Shown piece by piece: positions 53,029 through 62,843 of a DNA stretch of 64,000 bases. How positions within the stretch are numbered: the first letter of the stretch is position 1; every line of letters begins with the position of its first letter. Made by a program: the position numbers and the translations under genes. The DNA is from Terriglobia bacterium (GTDB lineage Bacteria > Acidobacteriota > Polarisedimenticolia > Polarisedimenticolales > JAIQFR01). Location of the stretch: the NCBI GenBank assembly GCA_963748015.1, contig CAVVHE010000004.1, positions 1,696,001 through 1,760,000 of the forward strand, written 5' to 3'. The notes beneath the pieces are model-generated. The model had not been told where the DNA came from, did not search any database, and was given only the letters and a program-made list of their open reading frames with translations.

Positions 53029-53613
53029 TCACTTCTGGGATGTGCCGACGGGAGTGATCACGGGACGGAGGATGTAGGGGTGCTGGCCGGGCGTCGAGTT
53101 GACCTGGACCGACATGGCGGCGTCGAAGTCGAGCGTCACGTCGGTCTCGGTGCTGGCGGTCACCGTGAAGGTCACGGGAATGTCCACTTTCCCGGACGGG
53201 ACGAAGATCGGATCGACCACGTCCGGGTCCTCCGCCGTGGCGCCGGCCCGCACGAGCTCCGCGGACTCGACTTCCATCCGGATCCTGGAGTAGGTGCCCG
53301 GGGGCACGTCCGCGGTGGCGATCACGATGGTCTGCCCGTTCTGGTAATCAAGCAGGTTGAGCGTGAGGCCCGCGCCCGCGGCGACGTTTTTCATGGTCAT
53401 CGGGTCGCCGCCGGAATCCCCTGTCTGGTCCGGGGGGTACAGGATCATGTTCTTCAGGGTCACGTTGACGGCCTTGACGCCCGTCAGGTCGATCGGCGCG
53501 TCGGTGAGCAGCACGGCGACGCTGCCGTGGTTCGGTGACGTCGTTCCGGACGAGCACGCCGCCATGGCGGCGACGGTGACCAGTACGACCAGCATCATCA
53601 CGGTTTTCTTCAT
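53029..53613 (-). CDS. DUF4382-like lipoprotein
   Basis: Lipobox MAAC, VLLTDAP, VNVT, LNLLD, VPPGTYSRIRM, VPSG, LDFDAAMS, LRPVI. AGGGAGG RBS. Confidence 0.82.
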   Translation of the reverse strand: MKKTVMMLVVLVTVAAMAACSSGTTSPNHGSVAVLLTDAPIDLTGVKAVNVTLKNMILYPPDQTGDSGGDPMTMKNVAAGAGLTLNLLDYQNGQTIVIATADVPPGTYSRIRMEVESAELVRAGATAEDPDVVDPIFVPSGKVDIPVTFTVTASTETDVTLDFDAAMSVQVNSTPGQHPYILRPVITPVGTSQK

Positions 53614-53704
53614 CTCGAGCCTCCCTTCGGGAAAACCCACTCGGGCCGCAGATGCCGCCGGCCCCGGCTGGAAGCTCCCGACAGACCTCCACCAGCCTTT
53701 CTAC

Positions 53705-53721
53705 ATGCAAGGGCCACGCCG
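53705..53721 (-). promoter_or_regulatory. Candidate sigma54 promoter for the DUF4382 gene
   Basis: Minus strand CGGCGTGGCCCTTGCAT: GG-N10-GC with TTGCA -12 box, about 90 nt upstream of the start. Confidence 0.4.
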
Positions 53722-53937
53722 ATGCAGCCCCCGAGGGACTTCGGGGCCAGACCCCTGCAATGCCGGTCCGGCACGGCGGGCGATGCCGGAAAGGCCGGAA
53801 AGAACTGGCGGAGTTCTCCTGGTGCCACCCCCTCCCCATTCGCGGCCGTGTACCTTCGCCACGCGGTCGCGGCACGGGCGTGTAAGAAGGGTGGCGGTCG
53901 GGGGGGCCTCGATGAACGGCCCGTCAGGGGAGGAACT

Positions 53938-54012
53938 TGGAGGCGGCGACCGGATTTGAACCGGTGAATGACGGTTTTGCAGACCGTTGCCTTACCACTT
54001 GGCTACGCCGCC
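53938..54012 (-). tRNA. tRNA-Cys (GCA)
   Basis: GGCGGCGTAGCCAAGTGGTAAGGCAACGGTCTGCAAAACCGTCATTCACCGGTTCAAATCCGGTCGCCGCCTCCA: cloverleaf, GCA anticodon, U discriminator, encoded CCA. Confidence 0.97.
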
Positions 54013-54024
54013 GTCGAAACCTGA

Positions 54025-54053
54025 ATGATAGACCGGGCGAGCGGAGCGGTCAA
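54025..54053 (-). promoter_or_regulatory. Sigma70-type promoter of tRNA-Cys
   Basis: Minus strand TTGACC-17 nt-TATCAT, 12 nt before the tRNA. Confidence 0.7.
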
Positions 54054-54110
54054 TCGGCAGGCCGGAGAGGGTTGACTCGCGGGGGCGGGGGCGGTACGGT
54101 GTTGGCGGTT

Positions 54111-54188
54111 CCGTTAGGGGTGCCGGAGAGTTCCGGCTGAGAAAAAACCCTCGAACCTGAACTGGATCATACCAGCGTAGGGAAACGG
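54111..54188 (+). promoter_or_regulatory. TPP riboswitch (THI element)
   Basis: CCGTT-AGGGGTGC...GCTGAGA...ACCC..GAACCTGA.CTGGATCATACCAGCGTAGGGA-AACGG with P1 CCGTT/AACGG. Upstream TTGACT-17-TACGGT. Confidence 0.93.
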
Positions 54189-54305
54189 GACGTGCCCGCG
54201 GGAAACCTCCACCAGGCTCCTTCGGACCGTTCGCCCTCGCGCTCGGGGTTGGCAGGACGGTCCCGACCGGAACCAGGGGCCGCTCCTCCCGGCCGGGAGG
54301 TCGCG

Positions 54306-56695
54306 ATGGATCCCCGCCGAACCGGCGGAGCGGCGCTGCTGCTCGCGGCGGCGCTCGCGATCGCGCCCGCGTGGGCCGCCGCGGAGGAGCCGTCCCCGCC
54401 CCCGGCTCCTCCTCCCGAGGCGTCTCCCTCCGAGGGGGACCCGGCCGGCCAGCCGGCGAAGCCCCCGCAGCCCCTCCCCAGCCTCGTCGAGAGCGTCGTC
54501 GTGAAGGGCACGCTGGCGGAGGAAGGCCGCGACGCCGCCACGTTCACGAACGTCTCGCGCGAGGAGATCGCGACGCGCAACCGAGGGCAGGACCTCGCGA
54601 TGATCCTCGCGGACACGCCGAACGCCTACGCGTACAGCGACGCGGGCAACGGCATCGGGTACAGCTACCTGAGCCTCCGCGGGTTCCGCCAGGAGCGGAT
54701 CGCGACCTACGTGGACGGCGTTCCCCTCAATACCCCCGAGGACCACGCCCTCTACTTCATCGACCTCGCCGACCTCGCCGGCGGCCTCGCGAGCTTCCAG
54801 GTGCAGCGAGGAACCGGGACGTCGCTCTACGGCTCCCCCGCGGTCGGGGGCGCGGTTCACCTCGAGATGGCCCACCTCGACCCGGTCGAGGGGGGGAGGT
54901 CAAGCTCGGCGCCGGGTCGTTCGGGACCCGGCGGCTGGACTTCCGCTACGGGGGACCGATCGCGGGAGGGCGGTGGGCCTGGATGGCTCGCGCCGCGCGG
55001 GTGGAGAGCGACGGCTACCGGATGCCGTCATGGACGCGCCACACGTTCTTCCAGCTCTCGGTGGAGCGGTTCGGCGACGATCAGGTCCTCAGGATCCACC
55101 TGTTCGGCGGACCGGAGAGCACGCAGCTCGCGTACTACGGCGTGCCGGCCGAGTACCTTCGCGGCGAGGTCACCGGAGACGCCGACCACGACCGCCGCAT
55201 CAACCCGATGAGACCCGGCGAGACCGACACGTTCCTCCAGCCGCGCCTGCACGTCCTCCACGACTGGAAGATCTCGGATCGCGTGTTCCTGCACAACGCG
55301 GCGTACCTCGTCGTCAACGACGGCTACTTCAAGCAGCACGACGACCTCTTCGGCGACTACGTCACGAGCTGGAACGCCGACGGGACGCCGCTCGCGGTCA
55401 CGCCGGTGCAGGACGCGTGGCGCAAGCGCTGGATCGGCGGGAACGACTTCGGCCTGGTCCCGCGCGTCACCTGGGACCACCGCGGGGGGACCTTGACCGG
55501 CGGCCTCTTCGTCCAGTACCACTCGCTCCGGCACGAGGGAACGCTCGAGCAGGGAACCCTCTGCACGGCGACCGGCTCCGCGGATCCGTGCTCCGCCACC
55601 GAACCCCTCGGCGACGCGGCGACGCTCTACGATTACGACAACCGAAAGGAGACCCTCTCCGCGTTCGTCCGGGAGACGCTGCGCCCGACGCTGCGCCTGG
55701 CCGTCCATCTCGAGCTGCAGGCGACCCGTCACGGTTTCTCCATGGGGGACGACCGGATCCGCGGCCTCTCCTGGGAGACCCACTACTCGTTCGTCGCGCC
55801 GAGGATCGGGGTCAACTGGAACGCCAGCGACAAACTCGGGTTCTACGGCACGGTCTCGACGGCCGACAGCGAGCCGACGTTCGTCGGCGTGTGGAGCGCC
55901 GAGGACCCGTGGAGCCCGCCCGCGGACGCCTTTCGCGGCTACGACGCGGCGCGGCGCCTCTATTCGGATCCGATCGCGCGACCGGAGAAGCTCCGCGACT
56001 ACGAGGCCGGGACGACCTTCAGGTCCGGCGCGACCTTCTTGAAGGCGGCGATCTACCGGATGGAGTTCGAGGACGAGTTCGTTCCGCAGGGCGGCCTCAA
56101 CGAGGACGGCCTGCCGGTCACCGTCAACGCCGGCCGGTCGCTCCACCGCGGGGTCGAGCTGGAGGCGGGCGGCAAGCTCCCGGGAGGCATCGACGCGAGC
56201 GCGTACCTCACCTTGAGCGATGACGTGCTTCGGGACTTCACGCTCTACGGTACGAGCCCGTCGGGCGAGAGCGTCGCCGCGGACTATTCGGGGAACGCCA
56301 TCGCCGGCTTCCCCGACCACACCGCGCGTGTGCGCCTGGCCCGCCAGCTCGGTCCCGCGCGCGTTCAGCTGGGAGCGCGGCAGATCGGCACCATCTTCCT
56401 CGACAACAGCGAGGACGAGCGGAAGAACCCCGAGGCCCGCCTCGGCGAGGGGTACGTCGCCAAGCGGATCGACCCGTACACGGTGGTGGACGCCCAGGTG
56501 AGCTTGGACCTCACGCGGCTCGTCAAGCGGCGCGGCGCGACGCTGCGCTTCGACCTCTGGGTGGACAACCTCCTCGACCGCCGCTACACGGCGATGGGGT
56601 ACTCGTACCCGAACGAGGACTTCACGTCGTTCTACACCGAGTTCTTCCCGGGAGCGACGCGCAACTTCCTCGCCGGCCTGACCCTCGGGTTCTGA
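54306..56695 (+). CDS. TonB-dependent receptor (probably thiamine or precursor uptake), indel at G7 54890-54896
   Basis: Signal peptide, TonB box ESVVV, plug (SDAGNGIGYSYLSLRGF, VDGVPLN, VQRG...SLYG), barrel ending RNFLAGLTLGF. Two frames join as EGGEVKLG. Confidence 0.88.
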
Positions 56696-58069
56696 TGGGG
56701 CCGCTCGATCTCGGCGTGGTGGCGGCGTACCTCGCGGCCACGGTATGGCTCGGGATCCGGTCCACCCGCCGGCCAGCGGAGCGCACCGAGGACTACCTCC
56801 TCGCGGGGCGCACGCTGAGCCTCCCCGCCTTCGTCGTCGCGCTCGTCGCCACGTGGTACGGCGGGGTCCTCGGCGTCGGGGAATACACGTACCTGCACGG
56901 CCTGTCGAACTGGCTCGTGCTCGGCGTGCCGTACTACGTCGGGGCGCTGCTCTTCGCGGCGCTCTTCGCGAGGAAAGCCCGTAACGCCGCCGGGTACACG
57001 GTCCCGGACCTCCTCTTCGAGACTTACGGGCGCGGCGCCGGCACGGTGGGGACCCTGACCGTCCTCGTGCTCTCCCTTCCCGCGGCGTACCTCCTGATGC
57101 TCGGCGTGCTGCTCCGCCGGATGACGGGCTGGGACCAGAGGCTGGCGATCGGCGCCTGCGCGCTGTTCTGCCTCGCCTACATCGCGGCGCGCGGCTTCCG
57201 CTCGGTCGTCCAGACGAAGGGGCTCCAGTTCGCGTTCATGTACGGCGGCTTCGCGCTGCTCCTCCCGGTGGCGGTGTGGAGCGCGGGGGGATGGAGCTTC
57301 CTCGAGCGGGGCCTCCCCGCGGAGCACTTCACCTGGGACGGCGGCCAGGGTGCGGGGTACGTCGTCGCGTGGTACTTCATCGCCCTCCAGACCCTCGTCG
57401 AGCCGACGTTCTACCAGCGCTGCTTCGCCGCGAAGGAGTCCGAAGACCGCCAGGAACGGCATCCTGGTGTCCATCCTCTTCTTCGCGCTGTTCGACGGCC
57501 TCACCACGATCACCGGGATGTACGCCCGCGCGCTCCTGCCCGGCCTCCCGTCGGGCGTGGACGCGTTCCCGGCGCTCGGCGAGCTGCTCCTGCCCGCGGC
57601 GCTCCTCGGCGTCTTCTATGCGGGGATGATCGCGACGATCATGTCCACCGTGGATTCCTTCCTCTTCGTCGGCGGCGTCACCCTGGGAAGGGACCTCGTC
57701 TGGCGGCTGAGCGGCGGGAAGGCCGACCAGCTCTTCTGGACCCGGGTTGGCCTGGTCGTCGTCACGGCCCTCTCGGCGGGCATCGCGATGGCGTCCGAGT
57801 CGGTGGTCGCGCTCTGGTACGGGTTCTACAGCGTCGGAACGGCGACGCTCCTCCCCCCGTTGATCGGGACCTTCTATCCGTCGCTGCGGCCGGCGCCCCG
57901 CTTCGCAGCGTGGGGCATGGCGATCTCCGGCGGCTTGACGCTGGCATGGGTCCTCGGCCGAGCGGCGGCCGGGCGGCCGTGGCTCGGCATCGAGCCGATC
58001 TACGCCGGGCTGGCGGTGGCGGCCGCGACCCACCTCGTCGGTATCCTCGCCGCGCGCCGAAAGGGGTAA
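56695..58069 (+). CDS. Sodium:solute symporter (ThiV-like by context), indel near 57436
   Basis: EDYLLAGR, VATWYGG, FYQRCFAAK then SPKTARNG...ATIMSTVDS in the next frame. TGATG coupling to the receptor. Confidence 0.85.
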
Positions 58070-58124
58070 ACTTGACTCACCCCCGACGGTCGCCGGCCCC
58101 TCTCCGGCGGAAGGAGGATGCGCG

Positions 58125-58421
58125 ATGCCCACCTACGTGCTGATGACGACCCTCTCGCCGGACATCACGAAGAACATGCGGAACCGCGAGGAGATCGGGA
58201 AGGAGTGGAAGCAGCGGATCGCGAACCAGGTCCCCTCGGTGAAGTGGATCGCGCACTACGCGCTCCTCGGGCCTCACGATTTCCTAGACATCTACGAGGC
58301 GCCGGACGAGGAAGCCGCGGCCAAGGTCTCGATGATCTCCCTCTCGCTCGGCGCGCTCCGCGCCGAGTCGTGGACGGCGATCCCCTACCATCGATTCCTG
58401 GAGCTCTCGAAGGAGCTGTAG
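58125..58421 (+). CDS. GYD domain protein
   Basis: MPTYVLMTTL...HYALLGPHDFLDIYEAPDEEAAAKVS...AESWTAI. Confidence 0.85.
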   Translation: MPTYVLMTTLSPDITKNMRNREEIGKEWKQRIANQVPSVKWIAHYALLGPHDFLDIYEAPDEEAAAKVSMISLSLGALRAESWTAIPYHRFLELSKEL

Positions 58422-58462
58422 GAGAGCGAGCCGGAAGCCCGCACCCGGGTTAGACTACCCGC

Positions 58463-59011
58463 ATGGTCGACGACATCGCGCCCGGGTTCCTGATCGCGGT
58501 CCCGCAGCTCCTGGACCCGAACTTCAAGCAGAGTGTCGTCCTGCTCCTGCGGCAGGACGACGAGGGCGCGCTCGGCATCGTCGTGAATCGCGAGACGTCG
58601 CTCCTGGTGCGCGACCTGTGCCGCGATCACGAGATCTCGTACTCCGGCCGGCCGGAGAAGCGGGTCCGGCTCGGAGGGCCCGTGCAGCCCGAGCAGGGCT
58701 TCGTCCTCTACGGTCCCGAGCACTCCGACCCGGAAGGGCGGGAGATCCAGGCCGGGCTGTACTTCAGCACCTCGACCGGAACGCTCGAGCGCCTGTGCGC
58801 CCTGCCGGCCGGACGGTTCCAGTGCTACTCGGGGTACGCGGGCTGGGGCCCCGCCCAGCTCGAGCGCGAGCTGGCGGAGGGGTCGTGGATCCTCTCCCCC
58901 TCCGATCCTTCGCTCGTTCTCGATCAGGACCCGACGGGCATGTGGCGCGGGGCGCTGACGTCCATCGGGATCGACCCGGCCTCGATCGTGCCCGGCGGCG
59001 GCGATTCCTGA
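58463..59011 (+). CDS. YqgE/AlgH family protein
   Basis: LIAVPQLLDPNFKQSVV, GALGIVVNR, GGPV, GYAGWGPAQLERE. Confidence 0.93.
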   Translation: MVDDIAPGFLIAVPQLLDPNFKQSVVLLLRQDDEGALGIVVNRETSLLVRDLCRDHEISYSGRPEKRVRLGGPVQPEQGFVLYGPEHSDPEGREIQAGLYFSTSTGTLERLCALPAGRFQCYSGYAGWGPAQLERELAEGSWILSPSDPSLVLDQDPTGMWRGALTSIGIDPASIVPGGGDS

Positions 59012-59040
59012 GCGGGTCCTCGGCCGCGGGCCTCCAGCCT

Positions 59041-59547
59041 TCAGGCTTTCGACTTGCCGGTATGCGCCGGCTTCGGCCGGTTCCTCTGGGTCTCCCGGCG
59101 GACCGCCGCAACCGTGTAGGACCCGTCCTCGTCACGGACCAGCACTTGCTTGGGGAGTCGAGCGGCCTGTTCGGAGCGGCTCGCGGGGTACGCGAACCGG
59201 CACACCTCGTCCCCCTCGTAATCGAACACCAGCGCGATGTCCCCCCGGTTGGACCAGACGTTCTGGTCGGTCCACCCGAAGACGGCCGGGGGCTTGTGCT
59301 GCACCCCTTCGCCGCTCGTGACCGTGATCGGGGCGCCGGGACGCAGCACCATCCCGTCCTCGAACCGGAAGACCTGCACGCCTTGGAGGCTGACCAGCGT
59401 CCAGCCGGTCAGCGGCTGCTCCACGTGCCCCTCGTTCGCGATGATCACCGCTTCGAACTTCCCGTCGTTCCGGACCTCCTTCACGCAGATACGTGCGCCA
59501 TCCAAGAGCTTCATCGGGCTGTACGTCGCGCGGCGATGGAGTCCCAT
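59041..59547 (-). CDS. Lamin-tail-domain protein
   Basis: EAVIIANEG...PLTGWTL...FRF...VLRPGAPITVTSG...NVWSNRGDIALVFD. Confidence 0.75.
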   Translation of the reverse strand: MGLHRRATYSPMKLLDGARICVKEVRNDGKFEAVIIANEGHVEQPLTGWTLVSLQGVQVFRFEDGMVLRPGAPITVTSGEGVQHKPPAVFGWTDQNVWSNRGDIALVFDYEGDEVCRFAYPASRSEQAARLPKQVLVRDEDGSYTVAAVRRETQRNRPKPAHTGKSKA

Positions 59548-59723
59548 CTTTCTCTCCTCGTGCGTGATGAGAGAGTGCGCGGCCCGAGCCCCGGGCCGCC
59601 CTGCCCCAAGAGTGCCACGAATCGCCTCGTAGGGCTAGCACACGGGGCTTTCCATCGCGCCGGCCATGACCTAGCATGCTCAGCGAGCGCACCGGCTTCG
59701 CCGGGCGCCGCCATGGAGCCAGG

Positions 59724-60203
59724 ATGGACCGCGAATCGGCACCGACCAGCGCACCTACGGCGAGACGAGACCCGGCGTTCGGCTTCGTTCTGGTCTTTCT
59801 CGGCCTGCTTGCGATCTGGTTCGCGGTCCAGTGGCTCCCGCGTTGGGACCAAGCCGTCCCGGCCTTGCGAACCCACCTGGTGATCTTCCTCGTCGCGGGA
59901 ATTCCCGTGGTCCTGGCCGGAGCCGCGTTCCTGGCGAACAGGCTCGTCGGGCTCGCCGGGTGGGCGGGAGGGGGCGCGGCCGCGATCTGCGGCGTGAACC
60001 TGCTCTCCGGCATCGCGCTCGGGACCATCCCCTGCGGGAGCCCCACCTGAGCGATCCAGAACGTGGCCCTCGGAGGGGGCTTCCTCGTCGCCGGCGGAAT
60101 GACCTGGTTGCGGGCCCGCCGCGGGCCGCAAGAGGGGCGATGCCGCGGCGATGGTGGCAATGAGATCGGCGGACCGCGAGGGATGGTGCCGGTCGTCCGC
60201 TAG
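59724..60203 (+). CDS. Small membrane protein with in-frame TGA at 60048-60050 (stop or Sec)
   Basis: GGAG RBS, three TM helices, GTIPCGSPT-TGA, then in-frame AIQNVALGGGFLVAGGMTWLRARR to TAG 60201-60203. Confidence 0.55.
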
Positions 60204-60597
60204 CGATTCCGCATGCCGAGGTACATGCCGCCGAAGTAGGGAACGAGCCAGGCGAACCAGACGAAGAGGCTGTACCGGTGGAAGCCTCTCCGCGCCTCGT
60301 CGCTCCCCTGCCGGGCCACCCGGGTGGCCCAGATCGGCATGGACCAGCATGAGCCAGAGGGCGATCTGCCCGGTGAGCGTGTGAGGCTCCCGGAGGTCGA
60401 AAGGCCCCCTGGCCAGGAAGTGCATGGCCGTCGGTGCCGCCGACGTCGAAGGCGAACCCCGTCCAGAAGGCGCCCACGTGCCACGGCTTGAGGTACCTGG
60501 CGATCCGCTCCGACCACACGCCCACCGAGTAGAAGACCAGGGCCAGCGTGATCGCGGTCGTCGAGACGATCAGCAGGAGCGGGGCGCCGCCGGTCAC
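60200..60597 (-). CDS. TIGR03987/HsmA-like membrane protein, two indels (about 60430 and 60336)
   Basis: Joined frames: ITLALVFYSVGVWSERIARYLKPWH...FDVGGT.AM...HTLTGQIALWLMLVHA.WA...FHRYSLFVWFAWLVPYFGGM. Confidence 0.75.
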
Positions 60598-61718
60598 GGC
60601 AGGAACTTGTCCGGGTGCTTGAGCTTGGCGGGCAGGTACTCGTCGAGGACGTAGTTGAGCCCCCACCGCGCGAGGGCCTGCTGCTCCGCGCGCACTCCCA
60701 TCTTGATGAGCGACTCGAGCGCCTTGGCCCACGGCCGGTGGATCTTGAAGAACGGATCGTTCTTGATCGCGTCCTTCGCGCGCTTGACGTCCACGTCCTT
60801 GAGGGGATGGGTCGGCAGCTTGTAGTCCACGATGTCCTGAGGGGTCACGCCCAGGAACGAGGCCTGCGGGACGCAGAAGAACCGGTTGATGTGGGCGGCG
60901 TTGCCCGATCCGACCTTGAGGGTGCGGTAGATGTTCGAGATCCCGTACGGGTCGCAGTCCACGAACGCGTAGACCGGCAGCTTGCACGAGTCCGAGAGGC
61001 GCCTCACGAACCGCCGGGTCGCGCGGGTCGGCACGCCGGCCATCGAGACGAGGATGCAGTGCGCCTTCTGCCAGAACTTGTGGCTTTGTAATCTCTGGAA
61101 CATACCGCCGGTCTCGATGCAGAGGATGAACTTGGCCTTCGTCTCGAACGTCAGGTGCTCGACCAGCGAAGGAATGGAGTAAGCGCCCGAGCCGAACCGC
61201 GTGCAGTCGATCTTCTCCACCTTCCCCGTCTCGAGGTCGGTGTCGTAGACGATCAGCTCGCCGGCGACCGCCCCTCCGTGCTCGTCGGGGATGTACCGCA
61301 GCTGCTCCCGGCTCACGCCGTGCACCGAGAACATCGCCTCGACGTCGTCCATGACCATGTCGGACTCGGACTGCTCGTCGAAGTGGGCCTCTCCCCAGTT
61401 CTTGGACTGGTAGTACGCGTCCCTCTTGGTGGCGAAGTCGTTCGTCTCGACCAGCTCCTTCGAGAGGGCCATCATCTTCAGCGTCTGCGCGAAGGTCTTG
61501 GCGGTGGTGACGGTGAGCGTTCTCACCGATTTCGCCTTGCCGATCTCGAAGAAGCCCTTGGCGGGGTCGTAGCGCACGTTCCCGAGCGAGCGCACCGGGA
61601 ACGCGACCTCCGGCTTCACGTGCTTCTCGATCCGCTTGTGGATGCCGGCGGCAACGTCGGAGATCGCCTCGACGGTGACGCGGTCGAGCCGGGCCTTCTC
61701 CGCCTGGGGGGATTTCAT
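60594..61718 (-). CDS. top6A: DNA topoisomerase VI subunit A
   Basis: TKRDAYY (catalytic Tyr), FDEQSESD, CIETGGMF, GVPTRATRRF, DCDPYG, AEQQAL. Confidence 0.92.
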   Translation of the reverse strand: MKSPQAEKARLDRVTVEAISDVAAGIHKRIEKHVKPEVAFPVRSLGNVRYDPAKGFFEIGKAKSVRTLTVTTAKTFAQTLKMMALSKELVETNDFATKRDAYYQSKNWGEAHFDEQSESDMVMDDVEAMFSVHGVSREQLRYIPDEHGGAVAGELIVYDTDLETGKVEKIDCTRFGSGAYSIPSLVEHLTFETKAKFILCIETGGMFQRLQSHKFWQKAHCILVSMAGVPTRATRRFVRRLSDSCKLPVYAFVDCDPYGISNIYRTLKVGSGNAAHINRFFCVPQASFLGVTPQDIVDYKLPTHPLKDVDVKRAKDAIKNDPFFKIHRPWAKALESLIKMGVRAEQQALARWGLNYVLDEYLPAKLKHPDKFLP

Positions 61719-61976
61719 GGCGCCCTTCCTCCCGGTTCGGCGACGAGAACCGCATCGCGCATGTTGCGGGAAGGCAAAAGATATCACGCGAACGCGAATT
61801 ACTCCTTTCAACCGGACCGACTTCTTGGTAAATAGTAGGGGCGATCGTCGCCGGTGGGGGAACGCATCGTCCGGCCAGACGTTTCGCGCTTCGTCCGTGT
61901 GGGGGGAATCGACTCAGGATACCGGGCTCGCAGGCCATTCCTGCGCGGCGAGGGTACGGCCGCGAGGAGGAATCGC

Positions 61977-62798
61977 GTGTTCCTGACTCGCTCGACGCAT
62001 CCTGGTTGGCTGTCGAACGCCTATCTCGTCGCCGACGTCGAGAGCCGGACCGCCGTCGCGGTGGACAGCGGCGCGCCGCTCGGTCCCTTCTTCGATGCGC
62101 TCGCGACGCACGGTGTCGAGCTGGCCGCGATCCTCACGACACATCGGCATGCGGACCACGTCGCAGGTCACCCCGAGCTGCTGCGCCGCACCGGTGCCAA
62201 GGTATTTGCCCTGCGGGGGGAGGCCGAGCACGTTCCGCAGGCTCTCCCGCTCGAGGACGGAGAGGTCCGGGAGTGGGGAGGGATCCGGGTCCGGGTGGTC
62301 GGCCTTCCCGGCCACACCGGCCACCACGCGGGTTACCTCCTCGACGGAATGGGATTCTTCGGCGGTGACTGCCTCCTCGCGGGCTCGATCGGAGGGTGCG
62401 CGGGCCCCTCGGCGGGCTCCTTCGACGACCTTCGAAGGTCCCTTCTCGACAAGATCCTCGCCCTCCCCGACGAGACGGCCGTCCATCCGGGGCACGCCGA
62501 GCCGACCACGATCGGCCACGAGAGGACCTCGAACCCGTTTCTCCGGGTGATGACGGGACTCGACCCCGAGGGCTCGGGCACCTGCCTGGCCCTGGGGCGC
62601 CCCGCGCGCCTCGTGGTCCTCGCGCGCGACTTCGACGGAAGCACGAAGGCGTGGGTGCGGTTCCTCGACACGGACTCCGACCTGGTCCTCTCCGGCCGCC
62701 GCGTCGAGGTTCACGTGGGAATCCCCTCCGACCCGCAGGGACTTCGCCCTCGCCGTCCCGCGGCGCGCTCGAAGTCGGCCGAGACCGCCAAGGAGTAG
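61977..62798 (+). CDS. MBL-fold metallo-hydrolase (glyoxalase II-like)
   Basis: SNAYLV, THRHADHV, PGHT, GDCL, HPGH...TTIGHERTSNPF. GAGGAGG RBS, GTG start. Confidence 0.88.
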   Translation: MFLTRSTHPGWLSNAYLVADVESRTAVAVDSGAPLGPFFDALATHGVELAAILTTHRHADHVAGHPELLRRTGAKVFALRGEAEHVPQALPLEDGEVREWGGIRVRVVGLPGHTGHHAGYLLDGMGFFGGDCLLAGSIGGCAGPSAGSFDDLRRSLLDKILALPDETAVHPGHAEPTTIGHERTSNPFLRVMTGLDPEGSGTCLALGRPARLVVLARDFDGSTKAWVRFLDTDSDLVLSGRRVEVHVGIPSDPQGLRPRRPAARSKSAETAKE

Positions 62799-62843
62799 TC
62801 CGGGAACGGCGGTAGCCCCCCGTTTCGGTAGGTCGGACCGTCT

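Noticed and set aside
51850..54012. Genomic island integrated at the tRNA-Cys 3' end
   Set aside because: No integrase, and no duplicate of the tRNA 3' end was seen in the window.
53937..54140. 67-aa ORF MEAATGFEPVNDG
   Set aside because: Antisense translation of tRNA-Cys.
59600..59618. Possible sigma54 site (TGGCAC...GGGCA, minus strand) before the lamin-tail gene
   Set aside because: GG-N10-GC spacing fits but the -12 box lacks TTGC; too weak in high-GC DNA.
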